Shown: piece by piece, positions 1 through 11,980 of the stretch
How positions within the stretch are numbered: position 1 is the stretch's first letter
Layout of the letters: each line of letters begins with the position of its first letter
Assembly (NCBI GenBank): GCA_964035575.1
Contig: OZ037834.1
Span: 2,046,001-2,110,000, forward strand
Source of the DNA: Rhynchopus sp. YZ270_cl-10
Taxonomy: Eukaryota
DNA: 64,000 nucleotides
Direction of reading: 5' to 3'
Position numbers and translations under genes: made by a program
Notes under the pieces: generated by a model
Seen by the model: only the letters and a program-made list of their open reading frames with translations
Told to the model about the DNA's origin: nothing
Databases searched by the model: none

Positions 1-292
1 AGTGACGGCCCCTTTTCTATTGCGTCTTTTCCCTCATGACCTTTTGTTGCACAGCTTACTTCTTTTGTTTAGGGTGGGTATGCGAGGCTTAGCATATTAC
101 CCAACAACGTTTCCCTTTGTTTTTTTTCCCCTTGTCCTTAGAAAACCGGGAGAAAAAAAAAACTAAAAAAAGGTAGTGAAAAGAGCAACACCGAAGATTA
201 TTACAGTCGTCTGTATTTGGCACAAAAAAATCCCCATTTATTGTTAGTAGACTGCAATTCAAAAAAAGAAAAAGAAAAGTGTGCACAATGGT

Positions 293-436
293 CATACTCC
301 GCAGTCCCGCCTGAGTCCGCAGGAGTCCGCCCCTGACTTGAGACGGACTTTCAAAGTCTGCCATAGTCCATCTCAACTCGGGCGGGGTCTTGATGGGATT
401 TTTTTTTTGGCGGACTCAGGCTGACCACGAAGTATG
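293..436. mobile_element. Small MITE-like element with imperfect terminal inverted repeats
   Basis: catact..gcctgagtccgc (293-320) is matched by gcggactcaggc..agtatg (410-436). The TSD is not clear. Confidence 0.4.
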
Positions 437-1221
437 CATGGTGAGCTAAAGATGCATGTAGATTGTGTACAAAACCTATTTATAGCTTCGACAGTAGGAG
501 GAGAAGTGGTGTGTGTGTGTTTCAAGGTGATATCTTATTGTTTCTCCTTCTTCTTTTTTTTTGAAGAGTGTAGTTGCCTCCGTGTGCAAGCTCCTCTGTT
601 TTTTTTTTTTTTTTCTTAAATTTGCGACCCACCTTCCACCCCCATTCCCTTCTCTTCCTTAAAGTCTGCACAAGGGCGGCCTGATAAGAGTTATCTTTGG
701 ATGGAAAATATGAGGGGGGAAAAAGGCGGAATTGAAGTTTTTTTTGTGCAATAAATGGTAAGTCTACCCTACACATTCGAATTTAAAAAAAAAACAGAGT
801 TCATTTTTTTTTTTTTGGTGGAAGCGTACAACTAACAAACTCTCCCCCTATTTCGTTTCCCGTTTTTCCTGTGTGGGCGAAGATAGTTATTGACACCTGT
901 AGTATTTCTCTTTATCCTTACGGTATGGAACACCCATATCCCACCCTTTTGCATCGACTGAGATGCGTTTTCGCACTTTTCAACTACTTTTTTTTTCTAT
1001 AAACCCCCCTCCTCCTCCTCCTCTACACAACAAAACAGAACAACACCTACACTAACCCCGCCTCCTCGTATTCCCCTTATTTAACCCCTGCTCGCCTATC
1101 ACTCTTTCTTCCCCCCCAAAAAAAACCCCCTTTTTTTCTAACAATGTGTACGTAACGTTGTAACACACCCTGGGAGGGTGTGTGTGTGTGTGTGGGTTGC
1201 ATTTTTTTTTTTTTTGTTATC

Positions 1222-4200
1222 ATGGATGCTTCTCGGGCTTCGAATCCGTCACCGCCATCACCTGCATCGCCGATGGAGTTTAATGTCTCTTCTACGCCTG
1301 ATGATGACGTACCTATCCCCGATCTGAATCCATCCCCTCGAGCAAATCGTGGTGGGTTAAGAGGGAACATGAGAGGCCGTGGTGCGCATCTTGCCACAGC
1401 TACTCCTCCGTCCCCGAATGGAGGGTCTGGGGTCGTGCCATTTCAAAGCGGTGCACCGTCACCAACCGGATTGAAAACAAAAAACTCATTTTTATCCCAT
1501 TCTGACATATCCGACGTAGAGAACGACCTGGACGACGATGACCCAGATAAGAAGCCTGTCAAACGCAGGGCGTCGTTCCAACGAAATGTGTTTGGCAACC
1601 ATTCGACACGAAAGCATCGGATGTCGGTTGACTCACGCCGATCAGTGGTTGGTGGCAATGTACCGGGATTGGTGAAGATGCCATCCTACATAAACGATTT
1701 TGGGAGAGACGATTCACTCCGACTAGGTCCTTCAAGACAAGCATCATTTAAGGCCGACACCGGAGGAACAGACAGCCCCATCATACTGAACACCGGACAG
1801 AACATTGAGCTCAGCGGATTCTCACCGCAGGACGACACAATATCTGAAGGATCAAGCCAGCTCCCATTATTACCACTTGACGCATTGTTGCAAAGGCATC
1901 TAAACAGCCATCCTGAACTCCGCAAAGAAGCGGTTATGTACCTTCAATCAATGATAGCAGAACGTCTCCAATTCGCGCCTTGGCGACAACGTTTGCACGC
2001 TTTGATGACAAAATCGAAGGTAGTAGACCACGTGGTGTTGGCACTGATTCTCCTCAACTGCGTCTTTCTCTCCATCCAAGACCCTACCAGCGATAAAAAC
2101 TCAACGATCAACCAGGCAAGCCGGTTTGCAGAAATCTGTTTCACGCTTCTTTTTGCGGTGGAAATGTCGTTTCGGGTTATGGGGCAGGGGTTTATTATGC
2201 CTAGGGTAGCATATTTGCGAGATCCTTGGAACTGCCTGGACTGTGTCATCGTTGTGACTGGTGTGGCGACGGTGATTCTCGATCTTGTTACTGATGAAGG
2301 GGTTGCGGGTGTTTCGGTGCTGCGTGCCTTTCGTCTGTTTAAACCGCTGCGTGCGGTGACCAAGGTGAAGGAGATCCAGGTTATTGTCAACTCCCTGCTG
2401 CAGTCGCTGCCGTACCTCATTGATGTCGCGATATTGTACTTCTTCTTCTTGCTTATTATGGGCATCGTTGGGGTTCAAATATGGAAGGGCAAGCTGGGGT
2501 ACACCTGCAAGCCAAATATGGTTGTTATGTCGACACTCGATGTATCAGAGATAGAACGATTTTTGGCGAAGGAAGGGGGTGGCGAGGTGTGTGTCCAGGA
2601 TGCTTCCTGGTTTTCCGAGCATTTCCGCGCGTTCATCTGCCCCTGGGGTTATGAATGCGTGCGTACCGGGAACCCAGGCATGGGGATGATATCGTTTGAT
2701 TCTATCTGGTATTCATTTCTGACGCTCTTCACTGTGGTGACGATGGAGGGTTGGACGGACATCATGTATTTAACCTTCCACACCACATCAATGCTCTCCG
2801 TTGCGTACTTCCTCATTGTCATTCCGTTTGGGTCGTTCTTTATTGTGAACCTTTCGTTGGTTATCATCAACAATGCGTTTGTGAGCAATGTCCAGGCACT
2901 TCAAGAACGGCAGCTTGAAAGCATTGTGCACAACCAACAGGCGCAGCTATTACAAGAAAAGAAGAAGAGGAAGGAGGCACGGACCTCTCCACGGCTTAGT
3001 GCATTAGGAGGCTCTGCGATGGACACTACCCGGTGCATTGATGACAGCGATGAAGAGGAGCTTTCCACATCCCCCCGACCAAAGTGGCGTATCCTGCTGG
3101 ATCGATACCGCAAAGAGGTGGGCTCGGTGCTGACCCACAAATACTTTGAGGTGACCATGACGATGTTGGTTCTCCTCAACGGCATTCTCCTTGGGTGCCA
3201 ATTTGAAGGCCAACCCCAAGAGATGACCGACGCCAACAAAGTCTTCAGTGTCATCTTCACCTGCGTCTACGTAATAGAATGCCTTCTCAAGCTGTTTGCC
3301 TATCCCCCACTGCAGTTCATCTCAGAGCCGGAGAGGGTGCTAGAGATGTTAATAGCAATCACCGCCTTGGTAGACCTGGTGAACGGAGGGGATGGGATGT
3401 TCAACTCCCTGAGGCTGATAAGGATATTTCATTTGGCGCGGTTTTTTCCGGAATTATGGCTCTTTTTTGAAGCCATCGCGAATTCTGTGAAAGGAGTCGC
3501 CGTGCTCACCCTTCTTCTCGCTATAGTGATGTTCATTTACGCGCTTCTCGGACTAAATCTATTCGGCAATAAATACTGCAACACCCTCATCGGGCGGACT
3601 GATGGATACGCAGACCTCCCCACCAGTACCTGCAAAGGCCAGCCCAGAGAGCATTTCGATACCTTATGGTCCGCTGTCATCGCGGTCTTTGCAGTCATCA
3701 GCGGGGAAGACTGGAACCTTTCGTTATACTACGGGATGTATAATACCTCGGAGATTGCGGCACTGTACTTTGTGAGTCTCTTTGTGATAGGAAACTATAT
3801 TGTGCTGAATCTGTTCATTGCGGTGCTCTTAGGTGGATTGGAAGGCAGTAGGGAGGTTGTAGAGGAGGAGGAGGAACCAGAGCTCCCAGATGACTCAACT
3901 AGAGTCAAAATCTTTGATGAGAGCCCGGCAAACTCGCCGTTAGAGATCCCCGCGTTGCATATGTCGGTTGCGACCCCTCTGCATGCACAGGACCCTTCGT
4001 CTCCAAAGATATCTTTCGATGAACCTGCGGGGCCAGAAAGAAATTCGGTTCACAGAATACAAAACCCGAGGGATATGGCCCAGCACCGTCTTTCGAATTT
4101 GGTCAGAAAGTTTTCGATTGATACTCCAGAGGTTGAGGATTCTGGTACCGATGGTGTGCCCTCCCCGCTGCACCAGATGAATCAGCTGATCTCGCATACC

Positions 4201-7200
4201 ATTGCAAAGCGCAAATCTGAGCATGGTAGTAAAGAGAATAATGCGGCAGCGGCCGCGGCTGCAAAGGCAAAGAGTGCTAGGGCGACTCAATTGTTGAAGA
4301 AGTTATCGCAGTCGGCAGCGATAATATCACGGCTCAATGCGAAGAACAAAAAGAATAAGTTTCAGAATGAGGTGCGCGCGGTGCATGAGATGCTGGAGAA
4401 GAACGAAAAGAACGAGAAAATGCAGTCCTCCGGCTCGACCCCTGCTGGGGACGAAGCCGACTCCTCCACTGCCACCAGCACCACAGCCTCCGTCTCCGCT
4501 TCACCCAACGCCAAGCCCGCCCTCGACAACATCACCATGGATGAAACCGACACCCAAATCCAAGACGTAAACTCCGTGGGCGCAACCACCATCCAAACTG
4601 AAGGCTCCCTGACAAACGGCCCACCCCTCACACCACATAACATCATAGATGTGGACGAAGACGAGCTCGACCCTTACCACAACCCTGAAGAGTCTGGGCA
4701 ATGGACCGAATCCTGCACCTCCTCCCCTCCTGTGAGTCTCGGTCAAAAGGAGGACGATGTGGTCGGGTTTGGCGGTGATGCGAAGATTCGCTCTATCCTC
4801 TCTCCTTCTCGCACCTCGGGAAGTGAATCGCCAACCGGACCAAAGATACCCACTTCGAATCGAGCGAGATTTGAGGGTTTAGAACACGATCCTGAAGAGC
4901 TCTCTGACGACGATGTGGTTGAGGTAGCAGACAGTTGTTGCACCTTAGATGCGGCACCTTCACGTGAAAGCAGCATGGAAAGCTCTCGACGTAAACGAGG
5001 AGGTCTGCGTGGAGCATTACAGAATGTCAAAGAAAAGTCACGTAACAGCATGGATAGCGTCGACGTTCAATCCTCTGAGTCGGATGACGAAAAATACTGG
5101 GGCGATCCGAAGCCTGCTGAAGAAAACGAAATCAACCCTCCCGAGGTGACCCTCAACCCCATTGCGATAAAGAAACGGAAGCGGCGGCGGAAGACCAAAC
5201 TCACCACCCTCTTCCCCAGCCTCGCCCCTGCGTATGAAGCGCTGTGCGACGCCGCCGAGACGATCTGTGCAAACCCTGATGCACTGTACATTTTAACCCC
5301 AGAAAACCGCTTTCGAGTATGGATGCGATTTGTAGTGGAGTGGGTGCACTTTGAAATTGGAGTCTCCATTATCATTTTGGTCAGCACCGTAGCGCTTGCT
5401 TTAGAGAAGCCGCTTTCCGCGCCGGATGAAACCCTACCTCGCGTCTTAGAAATGCTGGGGGTGGTCTTAGCGTTTCTGTTTGCGACAGAGGCTTTAATGC
5501 GGTGCTTGGCGTATGGCTTTATTTTGCACTCAGATTCATATCTTCGTCGTGACTCATGGAATGTCCTCGATTTTGTCATCGTTCTTGCAAGCCTTGCCGA
5601 CTTCATCGTCTCCTCACAATACGAAAACCAACCCGATAATGTACAGCTCTTAGAACTGCTTCGGATTCTGCGAACCTTAAGACCCCTCCGGTTTATCAAT
5701 AAATCGCAGGGTTTGAAGCGGGTGGTGGATGCGCTGATAAACAGTGTAAAAGGGTTGACCCATGTAGTGGTCATCACTGTAATGATTTTTGTCATTCTTG
5801 GGATCGTAGGGATGCAGCTGTTTCTCGGGAAATTTAATAGCTGTACTTTGCATGATTGGGGTGACGTGAGTCGTGGGCAGGTTTGTCCGCATCAGGCGTT
5901 GTATGTTACACCGGATTTTTTAGAGCAGGCTGGGTTTGAACCGAACGCTTGTTTACCACCATATATTGCTACCAGAGAGGAATGCCTTCAGTTGGGATAT
6001 CGGTGGCAATCATTTCGAACGAATTTTAACAATTTAGGCCGCGCTTTGGTGTCGTTGTTTGAAATTGCGACGTTGGAGGGGTGGATTGAGGTGATGAGGG
6101 TTGGGGTCGACTCTACCTCACAGGACCACGCTCCGGTGTTAAATAATAATCCGATTATCGCGATTTATTTTATTGCGGTTATCGTTATTGTTGCCTTCTT
6201 TTTGGTTAATTTGTTTGTAGGTGTGCTTCTCGCGGAATATGAGCAGGCAGGAGAAAACGACGAATTCGCCAATGAACTAACAGATCCACAACAAGAATGG
6301 CGTCTCCTCCTGGACCTGGTTGTCTCCAATACAAAACCGCTTCCACGCAATATCATAACAATCGGAAAAAACCGTGCAGCATTGACGCAGTTCGTTTCGT
6401 CAAGAACGTTCGAAACCGGGATATCCATTTGCATTGCGTTAAACGTTGTGGTCATGAGCCTAGAAACAGCGGACCAATCTTCAACCACAGACGATATTCA
6501 GTCCTACATCGGGCTGGTGTTTGTCATGGTGTTTCTCTTAGAGGCGATTCTGAAGCTGGCGGTGTTGGGTGTCCGGCAGTACTTCGCAGATACCTGGAAC
6601 CGTTTTGACTTTGCAGTGGTGGTCATCAGCGTTTCAGGGTCGGTGTTGATGTTGACCGTGAAGTTTACACCGTTTTTTATTTCGGTTGTGAGGGTACTGC
6701 GGTTGGCACGTCTGCTTCGGGTTGCGAGGATGACAAAGGGGGTGCGGATGCTGCTCCGAACGTTATTTCTCTCTGTTGCGAGTCTTGTGAACGTTGGCGC
6801 GCTTCTGGCGCTCCTTTTCAGTCTATACGCGATTTTGGGGGTGCGGTTCTTCGGAAAAATCGCGAGAGGCAACTTTGTCTCTAGACATGCGAATTTTGAG
6901 AGTTTTATTAATGCAGTATTGGTTTTGTTCCGCATTTTGACTGGAGAAGGGTGGCATGGAATTATGTCCGAATGCCGCATACGCCCTCCTCTGTGCGACC
7001 AACACCTTCGAGCCTGTGGTGATCCTGTGTTTGCGTACATCTACTTTCTGAGCTTCATTGTGCTAAGCACCTTTATCCTGCTTAACCTTATTGTCGCAAT
7101 CATCTTGAAAGAGTTTTCGACAGCAACGGAAGAGGATGCTGGGCTGCTTACCTCAGACGATTTGACGAATTTTCATTATGAATGGGAGCGGTTCGACCCA

Positions 7201-8391
7201 GGACGGACGGGGTTTATCGACACAAAGAATTTGGTTAGTTTGATTGAAGCCATCGATCTGCCGTTAGGGTCGTCCAAGGCGGCAAACGTCTCGCCGTTCA
7301 TTAAGGCAATGCAGATCTCTGAGCATCTAACGCTGTACCGCAACTGCGTGTACCAAAAGGAGGTGCTGCTCAGCCTCGTGCAGGGTCTGGTTGCAACAGA
7401 GTTTGGCGTTGAAATGAGCCAAGTGGAGCTACCCTCGCATCTACAGAGCTTGGTCAATGAAAAGCTGGGGTCGGTGTTCCCGGTGATGCAGGTATGTTTT
7501 TCTTTGTTTGTTTGTACTAAAGCACAGCAAAGGTTTGGGTTTTATCTTTTCAACTTTGTTATTGTTCTTTAGATGACTCACAACGCCCCCCTTTTGTACC
7601 ACAAAAAAAAACAGTGGAGATTGCACAACTGTGGCGACACAACCGAGGCAACTACACTACACCCAACAATTTATCAAAAAAAAAAAGACTTTATTTGAGC
7701 CACACCATTAGAGAGAGGTATTTTGGTGACTGAGCACGAGGCTTAGGTTCATCTTAATAAAATTATCTTCCTTTATTATTAACCTCACCTTTTCACAGAA
7801 AGAAAAGTCGGAGAACAAAACCGAACGCGGTGTTGTTGCCATTGTCGCCGCCATCAAGTTGCAGTCCGTCTTCCGCGGGTTCCTTGTCCGCGCAACCTAT
7901 CCGAGCCGTGACGATTTGCGCAAGCGTGTTCGGGTATGTCCACAGTACACCTCTTTCCCCCCCATCCTACCCCCCATCAGGAGAAGGTCCAGCAAAGCCA
8001 GGAAGAGGAGAGTGGGGTGAAGAAGCTGATGAAGATCGAAGATGTGGTCAGCGCGCAGAAGGCCTTTGTGAACTGGACGAAGACGTCTGCACAGCACGAA
8101 AGACGTGGGTTCATGACGCCTGTCAAGCCTGTCGGTGGGTCGCCGTGTTCGCCACCGTCGCTTGCCCGCAGTCTCCGTGGCAAATGCCGTTCCCTCTCCG
8201 CCAATGAGTCCCCCCGTAGCTCCGTCAACGGCGGATCTTCCCCACGTCCGTCTATAGGCCGTCTTCGCTCTCTAGTCATACGCAACCAAGAAGAGGGCGG
8301 AAAACGAAGCAGCAATCCTCTCGTCTCTCCAGCCTTGATCTTGACCAATGAAGACGAGCCTGGTAGTACGCAGGTGGAGCCTCCGGAGTAG
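1222..8391 (+). CDS. Voltage-gated calcium channel alpha-1 subunit (4x6TM, EEEE filter), 3 exons, ~2271 aa
   Basis: Four repeats with S4 R/K-x-x patterns (LRAFRLFKPLRAV, LRLIRIFHLAR, LRILRTLRPLRFI, VRVLRLARLLRVAR). Pore loops TMEGW, SGEDW, TLEGW, TGEGW. EF-hand-like WERFDPGRTGFID. Exons 1222-7491, 7799-7933, 7981-8391 join in frame across GT-AG introns (gtatgt...cacag; gtatgt...catcag). Exon 2 encodes the IQ motif AAIKLQSVFRGFLVR. Confidence 0.93.
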
Positions 8392-8726
8392 AGGGGAAAT
8401 GGGGGGGTGAAAATAATGAAGGTTGTGAGGTAAAAAAAAAGGAAGGGAGGAAGGGAGGGTGTGGGGGGGGGTTTTTTTTTTTTGCACAGAGCACTGCTGT
8501 GCTTGGTGTTTGGGGGAATAAAGGAAAAAAAAAAAGTTGCGTGGAGTTCACACAAAGGTGGTTGTCGATTTTTTGGGGAAAAAAAAACGAAAAAAGAAAA
8601 TGTAGTGGAGCGCCTCCTCGGTTCATGCAAAAAATGAAATAATTAGTACGTTCTTGGGAGGTGCCCGGGGTGGGGGGGTCACATGGGTGTATTCTGTGTG
8701 TTTTTGTTGTTGTTGTTTTTATTCTT

Positions 8727-8792
8727 GACTATCGTGCATCAAGCGTCGGGTGCAGCGAACCGGAGTACCCGTAAGCTCACAAAACTCTTTTC
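8727..8792 (+). repeat. Representative of dispersed family D (gactatcgtgcatcaagcgtcgggtgcagcga..gtaagctcacaa)
   Basis: Second copy at 20099 and a weaker one at 32281, all in + orientation. Confidence 0.7.
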
Positions 8793-8856
8793 CGCCATAC
8801 GTTAGCACAACGAGTTTTTTTTGCACTATATCAACTTCACTTTTTTTTTTCTTTTT

Positions 8857-9256
8857 GTAGGGGAGCCTATACCGGTAATTTTGGCTCCTTTTGATTTTAA
8901 ATTAAAATTTCTAAGTCTTTTTTGACCTACGACCCCGGCAATGCATTTTTTGGGACTCTGTGGACTCAAATGAGCAAAAATTTAAACAAAATGCTGCCCG
9001 TTGGCACATTTAAACGCACATTTTGTTGAAAATTGTCATTTTACGCTGGATTTGCCTTTGCCATTTTCAGTTTTTTTGCAGATTTTTTTCAAAAAAAAAA
9101 TTGAAGAAAAAAGGCTCAAAAGTGCCTGAAACCCGGCGGAAAGTGATTTTTGGTGAGGTATATAGGGTAGTTTCATCTATTTTTGGGTTTTTTTGCCGAA
9201 AGGCGCCAAATTTTCCGAGCCAAATGAAGGAATAGCCGGTGCATAGGCTCCCCTAC
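8857..9256. mobile_element. MITE with ~19-bp TIR (gtaggggagcctat..accgg)
   Basis: gtaggggagcctataccgg at 8857 versus ccggtgcataggctcccctac ending at 9256. Non-coding interior. Flanked by T-runs, or a TA TSD if the ends are read 3 bp inward. Confidence 0.75.
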
Positions 9257-9332
9257 TTTTTGGTTATTTTATCAGGTTACCTCGTTTATTGTCGCCAACC
9301 TTTTTACAAAGGGTGACGTGATCTCGTCATAT

Positions 9333-9970
9333 CAGGGTATTAGGGTGGTTAAAAAAACTGGTTTTGAAAACCAGTTTTTCCAAAAACTGGTTTTCAAAAA
9401 AAAAAAAAAAACAGAGAAATCTGGAGGGGAAAAAAAAACCGACACTTTTCACCAGGCCTTTCTGTAAATGTCGTCCCCAGATTAGGGCGGACTCGATTTT
9501 TTTCCCCGCATTTTCCCCCCGCCTGGTAGAACCGTGGTTGAACCACGGGAGTGCCATTTGGGAAATGGCTGTTCCTTGATTTTTTTTTGCCTGCGGCGCC
9601 ATTTTTCATTTTTTGCTCCGCAAAAAAGGGTTCGTTTGAGTGGCTCTGTGGTGTAAAAAGCTAGATTTTTACACCGTACCCTCAAAATTTTTCGCCTGCG
9701 GCGCCATTTTATATTATTTTTTTGCCCCGCAAAAAAGAAAATACAGTCCCTCTGTTCCCAATGTCTACCCTGGGTCAGCAGCGCCGAAAAATATTTTGAA
9801 TCTGGATTCCTGGATAAGACACTGACCCCACCCCCAAAAAACCCGAAAAAGGTGACTGTGTCCGTCAACGGTGGAGGTTTTCGCCAGAAACACTAGTTTT
9901 TGCCGCCCAGGAGAGAAAACCAGAAAAACCAGTTTTTTCCGGGATTTTGGATTTTCACCCTAATACCCTG
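9333..9970. mobile_element. Non-autonomous hAT-like DNA transposon
   Basis: Perfect 15-bp TIR cagggtattagggtg / caccctaataccctg. Perfect 8-bp TSD cgtcatat at 9325-9332 and 9971-9978. Subterminal aaaaccag/ctggtttt repeats. Confidence 0.9.
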
Positions 9971-10770
9971 CGTCATATGGCCTAAGAAAAAAAAGGGACT
10001 CCCACCAGCAAAGCGGGAGGCTAAACCGATATTTTTTGTATTTTCTCTTCTTTCTTTCTTCCATCAACATTTTCACTTTCTGACCCCTACCCCCCCCTGC
10101 TCATAATATTCATCCAACCCCACTCTAAAAACCCCCTTCCCGTTTCCCAATGAGGGCTTCATTTCCATGTTCCCCTATCATCTCAGTTGACCCCAACCAA
10201 CGGAACGGGAGGGGTTTTTTTCCCCCCCAACATTTTCCCCCCTTCTCCAACAGAGGAGAGTCTCTCACAGCTTTCTTCGCTAACAACAAAATGGCTACCC
10301 AACCCCCCCAACCCCACCTTGTTTTCCCTCCCTTCAACACCTTCGAAATCTGCTCGCAGTACCTCAATTTTTGTTGATTTGTACTCATATACGAGGCATA
10401 TTCGTCAATTTCAACCTTTCTTTTACGGTACGGCAAATTAGGTTTTCCTTTTTTACATCTACTGTTGTAGGCCGCAGAGTTCTTATACTTTCAGGCTGGC
10501 ATCGTACAGTGAGTCAGTCGGAGGTGCCTGCATCACACAACTTTAGTTTCGTTTTTTTTTTTTTTTGGGGATTCGATAACCCCACGGAGTGTCAGTGCCC
10601 TGCGTCCCAGAGGGCGTTTTGCACTATCAACTTCACTTTTTTTCCCCCTCCTCCTACATCACACATCACACAGGCACACACAACCTCCCTTCTCCTTCTC
10701 CTTCTCCTTCTCCTCCCATTCCATTCTTATTTGTCGTTCTCTTTCAAGCAAAAAAGGTAAAAAAGGAATC

Positions 10771-11688
10771 ATGGAAGTGGCCACCCCCCAACCCCAAGCC
10801 CAGCCTGGCGCCGACCAAGAAGACCTGGACCCCACAACCCTCCGGGAAGAGATGGAACGGTACCTCGAGGCGCTTCAGGGAAATACACAGTTCTTGGAAA
10901 AAGAGGTGCTCACGGAGATAGAGGAGCTCCGAGGGTCGATGTTCCATAATCAGGACTTTTTTCGAGCGGTGGCGACGACCTTGGGGGTGAATAAGGCGAA
11001 GAAAAAGTTTGTGGGGTTACTTCGCAATCCGAGACCGCATTCTTTTGTTTCCGAAAAGTGGTGGGTAAAAAGGCAACGGGAACGCAGTTTGAAAAAACCT
11101 AAAGAACCAAACGAACTGCCACCACATGACACCCTCTCCAACCTGCTCCTTGAACAGCGTGAAGACCACCGCAAACTAGAGACCACAGACCTCGCCTATC
11201 GCAAGCTTTTTGATAAATATCAAGACATCCAGCTACTCCTTCAAAGGCGGCTTTCCGCCCTCTGCGCGCAACCCATCTTCAGCCAAACAAATCCCGAAGA
11301 AAATCCTGAAGAGGACGAAGCACCCCCGGCACGGCCCTACCCAGACACGGCACTCCCGCCGTTGAAGAATGTAGTGGCGGTGGGGGGAACAGAACGGCCT
11401 GCGTCTGTGGAGGAGGTGAAGGAGGTGAGGTCCTCATCGAAAAAGGAAAAGCGGAGGGCAAAAGAGGAGCGCAGGGAGAAGAGGGCAAGTGGCAGTGGAG
11501 GAGGTGGTGATGCAAAGGCACGGTGCGAAGGCAAGGAGGAGGGGGAGGAGGCGGCGGTGTTCAGCACTTCGGTGCTGCCCCCGGTGCTGGGGGCTGAAGG
11601 GCGCGCCTTGTGTAGGGGGAGACATGCGTTGGGGCCGTATCCGTACATTGAGTCGGTATGGAAAGTCCCACCTTTTGTGGGGAGTTAA
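10771..11688 (+). CDS. Hypothetical protein with coiled-coil and charged regions, 305 aa
   Basis: ATG follows a pyrimidine tract. Coding-like composition with heptad-like segments. No recognisable family motif. Confidence 0.7.
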   Translation: MEVATPQPQAQPGADQEDLDPTTLREEMERYLEALQGNTQFLEKEVLTEIEELRGSMFHNQDFFRAVATTLGVNKAKKKFVGLLRNPRPHSFVSEKWWVKRQRERSLKKPKEPNELPPHDTLSNLLLEQREDHRKLETTDLAYRKLFDKYQDIQLLLQRRLSALCAQPIFSQTNPEENPEEDEAPPARPYPDTALPPLKNVVAVGGTERPASVEEVKEVRSSSKKEKRRAKEERREKRASGSGGGGDAKARCEGKEEGEEAAVFSTSVLPPVLGAEGRALCRGRHALGPYPYIESVWKVPPFVGS

Positions 11689-11980
11689 TTTATTAACTCC
11701 CCACAAAAGGTTTAAAAATTGTTCGCTTTTCATAAAAACCCCTTTCTCATAAAAAAGAAGCCGTCTAATATGACTCTATAGACTACACTCACTCCCATAC
11801 CCAAATGTCCGTGACGTCAACTAGTCTAACAGTATCTCAACAAAAACTAAAAAATAAACATCATCAGACACCGTCGACTGTCCTCCCTGAGATCCGCCCG
11901 CTGCGTTGTGGCGCCCCACCGTTTTGAGGGGAAAACATAACAAAAAATTTTCTCTCAAATCAGCAATCAAACAAATATAT

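Noticed and set aside
1180..1221. ORF-track upstream extensions (also 28846-29175, 37553-37735, 59309-59404)
   Set aside because: Low-complexity UTR-like sequence. Downstream ATGs give proper N-termini or signal peptides.
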